A DNA stretch of 62,031 bases from an uncultured Lachnospiraceae bacterium. Lineage in GTDB: Bacteria > Bacillota > Clostridia > Lachnospirales > Lachnospiraceae. The position numbers and the translations under genes were made by a program. Below are positions 57,110 through 62,031 of the stretch, one piece after another (position 1 is the first letter of the stretch; the number at the start of each line of letters is the position of its first letter). The stretch lies in NCBI GenBank assembly GCA_947600145.1, contig CANQGA010000001.1, positions 1-62,031 on the forward strand. The letters are read 5' to 3'. The notes beneath the pieces were generated by a model. It saw only the letters and a list, made by a program, of their open reading frames with translations, was not told the origin of the DNA and ran no database searches.

Positions 57110-57931
57110 TCATTGTCTGACCCGATAATGTTCCGCGGCGTACCGATATTGACGTTCGAACGCGCACGCCGCCTGCCGGCTGATTTTCCTGAAAGGAGTC
57201 AGCATATCGAACGCGTGCATTCCCGATTCGTAGACATCGCAGGACGCCTCTACTCCTGCCGCCTTCAGATGTTCAATATAAGAAATCGTCTCACAGTAAA
57301 ATGGCTCCCGTTTTCCGACGAATGTATAGGCAGGCGGAAGACCTGTGTAGTCGGTCTCCCGCGCCGGCGCGGCCGAGGCGGGAACGTCAACACCGGAAAG
57401 CCCGCCCAAATATGCGTTCCAGCCCATATGATTTCTCTTTGTATTCCAGACAAAGCCGTGATTATCACGGGAAGAATCGGTATCCCGGTCATCCAGCATC
57501 GGATAAAGCGGCATCTGAAAGGCGATGTTTACTTCGCCCCGCCGCCTTGCTTCCAGACACACCGCGACGGCCAGTCCTCCGCCCGCGCTCTCTCCGCCTA
57601 CCATGAGCCGGCCGGTATCTATTCCGAATTCGCCGGCATGATCCTTCAGATATAGCAGAGCCGCATAGCAGTCCTTAAGCGCCGCCGGGTACGGCGCCTC
57701 CCGGGCCAGCCGGTATTCCGGCGAAAGGACGATCGCGCCGTACTTTCGGACAAGCGGCAGTGCGCGGGAAATATATACCATACCTGCCATGCCGGTGATA
57801 TATCCTCCGCCGTGGATCCACAATATCCCGGGCGGCTTTTCCTTTGCGCGCGCTGCCGGCCGCAGAACGAGGCAGTTCATACTCCGCCCTCCTGCATCGA
57901 TCACGCGCTTTTCCGTGTGTATCCTTCCCAT
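57110..57931 (-). CDS. Alpha/beta hydrolase (HSL-family esterase)
   Basis: HGGG, GESAGG nucleophile, HAFD. Confidence 0.92.
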   Translation of the reverse strand: MGRIHTEKRVIDAGGRSMNCLVLRPAARAKEKPPGILWIHGGGYITGMAGMVYISRALPLVRKYGAIVLSPEYRLAREAPYPAALKDCYAALLYLKDHAGEFGIDTGRLMVGGESAGGGLAVAVCLEARRRGEVNIAFQMPLYPMLDDRDTDSSRDNHGFVWNTKRNHMGWNAYLGGLSGVDVPASAAPARETDYTGLPPAYTFVGKREPFYCETISYIEHLKAAGVEASCDVYESGMHAFDMLTPFRKISRQAACAFERQYRYAAEHYRVRQ

Positions 57932-57995
57932 GCCGGCACCCTTTTTCCTGATAAATGGCATGATGTATCCTTTCAAGCCAAAATTAGCATTATTT

Positions 57996-58772
57996 CTAAT
58001 ATGGTTTTCTCGCCAATTCCAGATCCATCGCATAGTACACGGTCATAATTCCGCCGTGGCGGTTGATTGCGGAATGAATGCCTTCAAAAAGCTTTTTTCT
58101 GTCGGAGGGTTCCATTTTCATATGGTCGGGGTATGTCCGCAATAATGCCATATATTCATCCGCCGTAAAGTCCTTTGTCGTATGATATAGCGAATAGCTG
58201 ATATCAACAAAACCGTATGCAGACGCTTTTTCCGCCAGCTTCTGCGCATCCGCGCAGCCAAACGCAGTGTACCGTTTCTCCGCGCGCATATATTTGCGAT
58301 AGAGTTCCTGTATCTCGTCCGTAAGCGTCTCCCGCCCCTGATCCGGACCGGCGTGACAGGCAAAGCGGGCAAACGCTCCGCCGGGTTTTAACAAAGCGAG
58401 AACCCGGTTATACCCGTAATCCTCCGGGATCCAGTGAAACGCGGTCGCAGCGTAAATCAGGTCAAATACCTCGTCGGAACTGACAAAATCCTGCAGGGTC
58501 TGATTGATTAATGTAAAATTCCCATAAGCCCGATACCGATCCCGCGCCAGAGCGGCCAGCCGCTCTCCCGGCTCTATTCCGGTCAGACTGCACTGCGTAT
58601 TAAGGATGGGCCGTGATGCCTTTCCTGTCCCTATCCCGATTTCAAGCACATTGCTGGCAGCGCTGATCGGTTTATAGCGCAATAGATCCTCATAGATCTC
58701 TTTTGCGTATTTGGGGCGGCTTTTATCATAATCCATGGCTGCGCTGTCAAATGTCTGTTCAAATGCCGTCAC
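57996..58772 (-). CDS. Class I SAM-dependent methyltransferase
   Basis: YDKSRPKY, VLEIGIGTG, ATAFHW, LKPGG; GTG start behind GGAGGA. Confidence 0.9.
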   Translation of the reverse strand: MTAFEQTFDSAAMDYDKSRPKYAKEIYEDLLRYKPISAASNVLEIGIGTGKASRPILNTQCSLTGIEPGERLAALARDRYRAYGNFTLINQTLQDFVSSDEVFDLIYAATAFHWIPEDYGYNRVLALLKPGGAFARFACHAGPDQGRETLTDEIQELYRKYMRAEKRYTAFGCADAQKLAEKASAYGFVDISYSLYHTTKDFTADEYMALLRTYPDHMKMEPSDRKKLFEGIHSAINRHGGIMTVYYAMDLELARKPY

Positions 58773-58998
58773 GTTCCTTCCTCCGTTCTCAGAATGTTCG
58801 ATTACAGTTTTGCGCTGTAGTTTTCTTGATAAACCCTTATTAACCTTTAAGCGTATTATCAAATGCACGTTCTGTAATAAAATAAGCCGGAGCCTGCGCC
58901 CCGCCAATCATCTCTTCTTAAACATATTCCGGCCTTCTCGAAACTTAATCATTATAATGACCCCGGCGGTGTGATTCGGGGTAAATAACAGCACGGAA

Positions 58999-59526
58999 TC
59001 ACATCTTTCCGAACAGCGAAACCCCAATCTCATAGATCTTCTTACACTCCTGCGGAAATACCGTCTCGTGCCTTTTGTATTTTGCGTCCGCGTCAAACAT
59101 CGTCCACTGCCAGTCGGTCCTGCTGTAATCCTTCAGCTGGAGGGTGTCTCCGCTGACAAAGACCTCCGCCGGTCCGACGAACCGGCTCAAAGTCTGCTGA
59201 TAATTCCGAAGCAGTCCCTGATACATATTGTCCGGCGCGTTGCTTGTCATGATCAGCAGCACAGGGATCTGGCGAGCGCTGCAGCAGGGATGTTCCATAT
59301 TGTAGGTGAGATTCTGGAAGACGAGCCGCTCATAAAAAGCGCGGAACGACGCGGTCATCTCGCCCAGATAATTCGGAGAGCCAATGATAAGGCCGTCCGC
59401 TTCACGGATCGCATCCAGAACCGGGGTCAGTCCGTCCCTGCATATGCAGCGGCCCTTGTTTATCTCTTTCTTGCATCCGAAGCACGAAATGCAGCCCGTG
59501 TACTTTTCAAGGCGGAACAGGTCAAA
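58999..59526 (-). pseudogene. 5'-truncated iron-sulfur flavoprotein / flavodoxin-family gene
   Basis: Frame upstream of the called ORF reads FDLFRLEKYTGCISCFGCKKEINKGRC...ADGLIIGSPNYLGEMT; no in-frame start; N-terminal FMN-binding segment missing. Confidence 0.75.
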
Positions 59527-59639
59527 CGTCCTCCTCTCACATTCTGTGCATTTTCGCCTTAATGATGTATTCCCGCAAATCCAACTCCTTGCCCGAATCG
59601 GTAGTTAATTGTTCTGGCTGCGGTTCAACGATTTGGTAG

Positions 59640-60869
59640 TCAAAATGACTTTCCGGAAAGGATAAAGTCCGGAAGGTTCGCATGATGAATGCCGTTTCTC
59701 CGCTGGAGAAGGTAATCGGTTGTCAGAAGATATTTCGGGTAATTATCCTTCATCGCTTCAAGAGGACGATACTCCCGATCTTCGGTATCCTTACTGTCGG
59801 CGATCGTATAAGCAACCTGAACATAGGAATAGTTCAGTTCTGTATCCCGCAAAATAAAATCGCACTCGAACCTGCCAAACCGTCCAACGCTGACAGAATA
59901 ATCAAGCGATCTCGCATAGAGATAAACGATATTTTCAAGTACCGGACCGTAATTAACTCTGTTATCCGTGTTGTCGGCAAAATAAAAGCTGAGATCCGAA
60001 AGATAATATTTTTTCTCGCCGGAAAGCGCTTTTTTGGATTTGAGATCAAAACGGGGACATTCATAAAGGATTTTCGCGTCAAGGAGCGCTTTTATATAGC
60101 GGGTGATCGTTGCCCGTGTAGTTTTCGTACCCTGCTTGTTTAGCTCCTCACAGATATTTTTCAAGCTGATAAGGGAGCCGAAATTCCCTGTTACAAAACG
60201 GCGGACAGTCTCAAACGTTTCCTTATCGCGGATTTTTACTCTCTGACGGATATCTTTTTCAAAAATCTCACGAACAACCTCCTGTACATAACGGCGCTTA
60301 TCCGCAAGGGAGTCAAGCAAAACCGTCCTTGGGAACCCTCCTTCCTGAATATATGCTGCCAATTCAGCCGAAGTATTCTGCTGAACCGGTTTATTGTAGA
60401 AACGCTTCATTTCTTCGTATTCAGCAAAGCTTAACGGGAACATCTCAAGCGCCAGAAACCTGCCGGTCAATTTGGTTGTGATCTCTCCGCTCAAAAGATA
60501 GGAGTTAGAGCCTGTAATAAAGATCGACCATTCTCCATCTGTACGAAACCCATTTAGAACTTCCTCAAAACCCCTGACATTCTGTACTTCGTCAATAAAA
60601 AGGTATTTGAGGCCTTTTGCGTGTCCGCTTTCCTCAATTATGTGTTCCAATGCGTCGGGCGTTTTGATTTTCCTGTATCTGCGCGTATCAAGATCAAGAT
60701 AGACAACATTCTCTTCGGGAACGCCTTTTTGACGTACTTCTTCCGCGATCATCTGCATGAGACTGGATTTTCCGCATCTTCTGACGCCGGTAATCACTTT
60801 AATAAGATCGTCGGTGTCGTAGAACCCGCGTATTTTTCTCAGATAGTTTTCCCTGATGAATAAATCCAT
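59640..60869 (-). CDS. AAA+ ATPase (AAA_14 + DUF4143)
   Basis: GVRRCGKS, FIDEVQ, ITGSN, LENIVY, ECDFI...YVQV; visibly more AT-rich than its neighbours. Confidence 0.92.
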   Translation of the reverse strand: MDLFIRENYLRKIRGFYDTDDLIKVITGVRRCGKSSLMQMIAEEVRQKGVPEENVVYLDLDTRRYRKIKTPDALEHIIEESGHAKGLKYLFIDEVQNVRGFEEVLNGFRTDGEWSIFITGSNSYLLSGEITTKLTGRFLALEMFPLSFAEYEEMKRFYNKPVQQNTSAELAAYIQEGGFPRTVLLDSLADKRRYVQEVVREIFEKDIRQRVKIRDKETFETVRRFVTGNFGSLISLKNICEELNKQGTKTTRATITRYIKALLDAKILYECPRFDLKSKKALSGEKKYYLSDLSFYFADNTDNRVNYGPVLENIVYLYARSLDYSVSVGRFGRFECDFILRDTELNYSYVQVAYTIADSKDTEDREYRPLEAMKDNYPKYLLTTDYLLQRRNGIHHANLPDFILSGKSF

Positions 60870-61011
60870 AGAACGCTCTCCTTTACCAAAAGCCTGCTTT
60901 TAGTATATCACAGCCCCAGGAAAATGACAAGTTAAGGCGTCACTTTTTGCAAATTTGTCAAGAACTGCATCGTTAAACGGCATTTGTCCTGAAATACCTG
61001 CGGATAACATT

Positions 61012-61797
61012 TCATATCCGTTTCCCTCCGTTCATTTTCTCGACAAGGTCCGCACTCTTTGCCGTCATTTCGACCCATGCGGGGCGAAATCCGCTCCGGA
61101 TGGCGTTTCGCACGGACCTGATATTCGACCATGCGGCGCAATAGAACGGAACCTTATCGCGCTTTAGTATCTCCATAGCCAGACGGCCTGTCAGCGCTGA
61201 TGCGACACCCTGCCTGCGGTAAGCCGGCAGCACATCGACGCCGATCTGCCACATATCCTCGCAGTCGGCGGAGCATGCCGCAAGGCCGATCAGCATTTCG
61301 CCGTCATATGCGGCGACGCCTAATATATCCAGATGCCGGCGGTCCGCGCACAGCGCGTCGCTCCACTGCGGAGTGTACAGCGGCGTAAAATCCTCCGGGT
61401 GCAGCAGCTTGGTTGCGTAAGGAATGTCCTGAGCTTTCAGTTCCCGCAGATCCGGCAGAAAGTATTCCGCCATGAAGCAGATGCGCAGGCCATCCTTCTG
61501 CAGTTCATCGTTAAGGACATGCAGATTGGGCGTCTCGAAACAATGATGTACCGGGAAGCAGCTGATGTAATCCGTCACAACGCCGCGGTATTTTTCTTCG
61601 ACGGACGCGACAATATTGTTTCCGTAGGAAATAAGGTTGCAGGCAAGCGGAAGCGCCAGATATTTCCTTGCGTTCGGATTGGGCACAGACGTAACAACGA
61701 CATTTTCTGTTTTTATAAAATCATCCGCGCGGCAGTTGGCGTCAATTGCGGACTGCCGCATGGCAATCCGCAGGATATCTTCGTTGGTGAAATGCAT
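61012..61797 (-). CDS. GNAT-family N-acetyltransferase
   Basis: IGVDVLPAYRRQGVA, PFY...SNIRS...SGF. Confidence 0.9.
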   Translation of the reverse strand: MHFTNEDILRIAMRQSAIDANCRADDFIKTENVVVTSVPNPNARKYLALPLACNLISYGNNIVASVEEKYRGVVTDYISCFPVHHCFETPNLHVLNDELQKDGLRICFMAEYFLPDLRELKAQDIPYATKLLHPEDFTPLYTPQWSDALCADRRHLDILGVAAYDGEMLIGLAACSADCEDMWQIGVDVLPAYRRQGVASALTGRLAMEILKRDKVPFYCAAWSNIRSVRNAIRSGFRPAWVEMTAKSADLVEKMNGGKRI

Positions 61798-61928
61798 GAT
61801 TGACCTCGCTCAAATACTTATATTTCGATTATAGACAATTCACCCGCATCTTGCAACCAAAAAAGCATTGCAAGAAGCGGGCGCATGAATCTGATGCAAA
61901 ATTAAGTTTTTGATCACACAGCCAACGC

Positions 61929-62030
61929 TCACATAATTTCCTTCCTCCTGTACTCCCGGTAGATCACCGGCGGCAGCGCGGCCGACAAAATCACATAGAG
62001 CGCGACCGCAACCGGCAGCGCCCCGGTCAC
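61929..62030 (-). CDS. C-terminus of a membrane protein (possibly an ABC permease), truncated by the window edge
   Basis: VTGALPVAVALYVILSAALPPVIYREYRRKEIM*: hydrophobic helix plus basic tail. Confidence 0.5.
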   Translation of the reverse strand: MTGALPVAVALYVILSAALPPVIYREYRRKEIM

Positions 62031-62031
62031 G

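Overview
GC-rich chromosomal segment of a Clostridia bacterium; gene content and order suggest Lachnospiraceae (inference). The window appears to span the replication terminus. All 25 supportable CDSs left of ~27.5 kb are on +, 37 of 38 to the right are on -, and a symmetric dif-like palindrome sits at the switch (27523-27549), ~1.1 kb from a lone Xer-type tyrosine recombinase and the lexA/yneA SOS module. The core backbone includes ftsH, hisA/hisIE, pepT, rSAM-rng-rplU-prp-rpmA-obgE-yhbY-nadD-yqeK-rsfS, ttcA, rluA-lspA-aroB, sepF-yggS, radC-mreCD-pbp2-minCDE-rodA-mgsA-dac (mreB is missing from its usual place) and miaA. The most unusual feature is an accessory island at ~8.95-18.6 kb. It encodes an 1111-aa membrane-anchored ECF sigma factor ending in a TRAP(DctP)-like solute-binding domain, a non-canonical Hsp70 set (GrpE-like, lid-less DnaK-like, a small membrane protein, and a membrane protein with an HPD-less J-like domain and C-terminal SH3b), and a decayed DUF4160/DUF2442 toxin-antitoxin pair. 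The right end is a patchwork of accessory genes (SdpR/SdpI, ECF/anti-sigma, XRE-TPR, esterase, methyltransferase, truncated flavoprotein, AAA-DUF4143, GNAT). No rRNA, tRNA, CRISPR array, IS element or prophage was recognised. All calls are by-eye motif recognition; no database searches were run.
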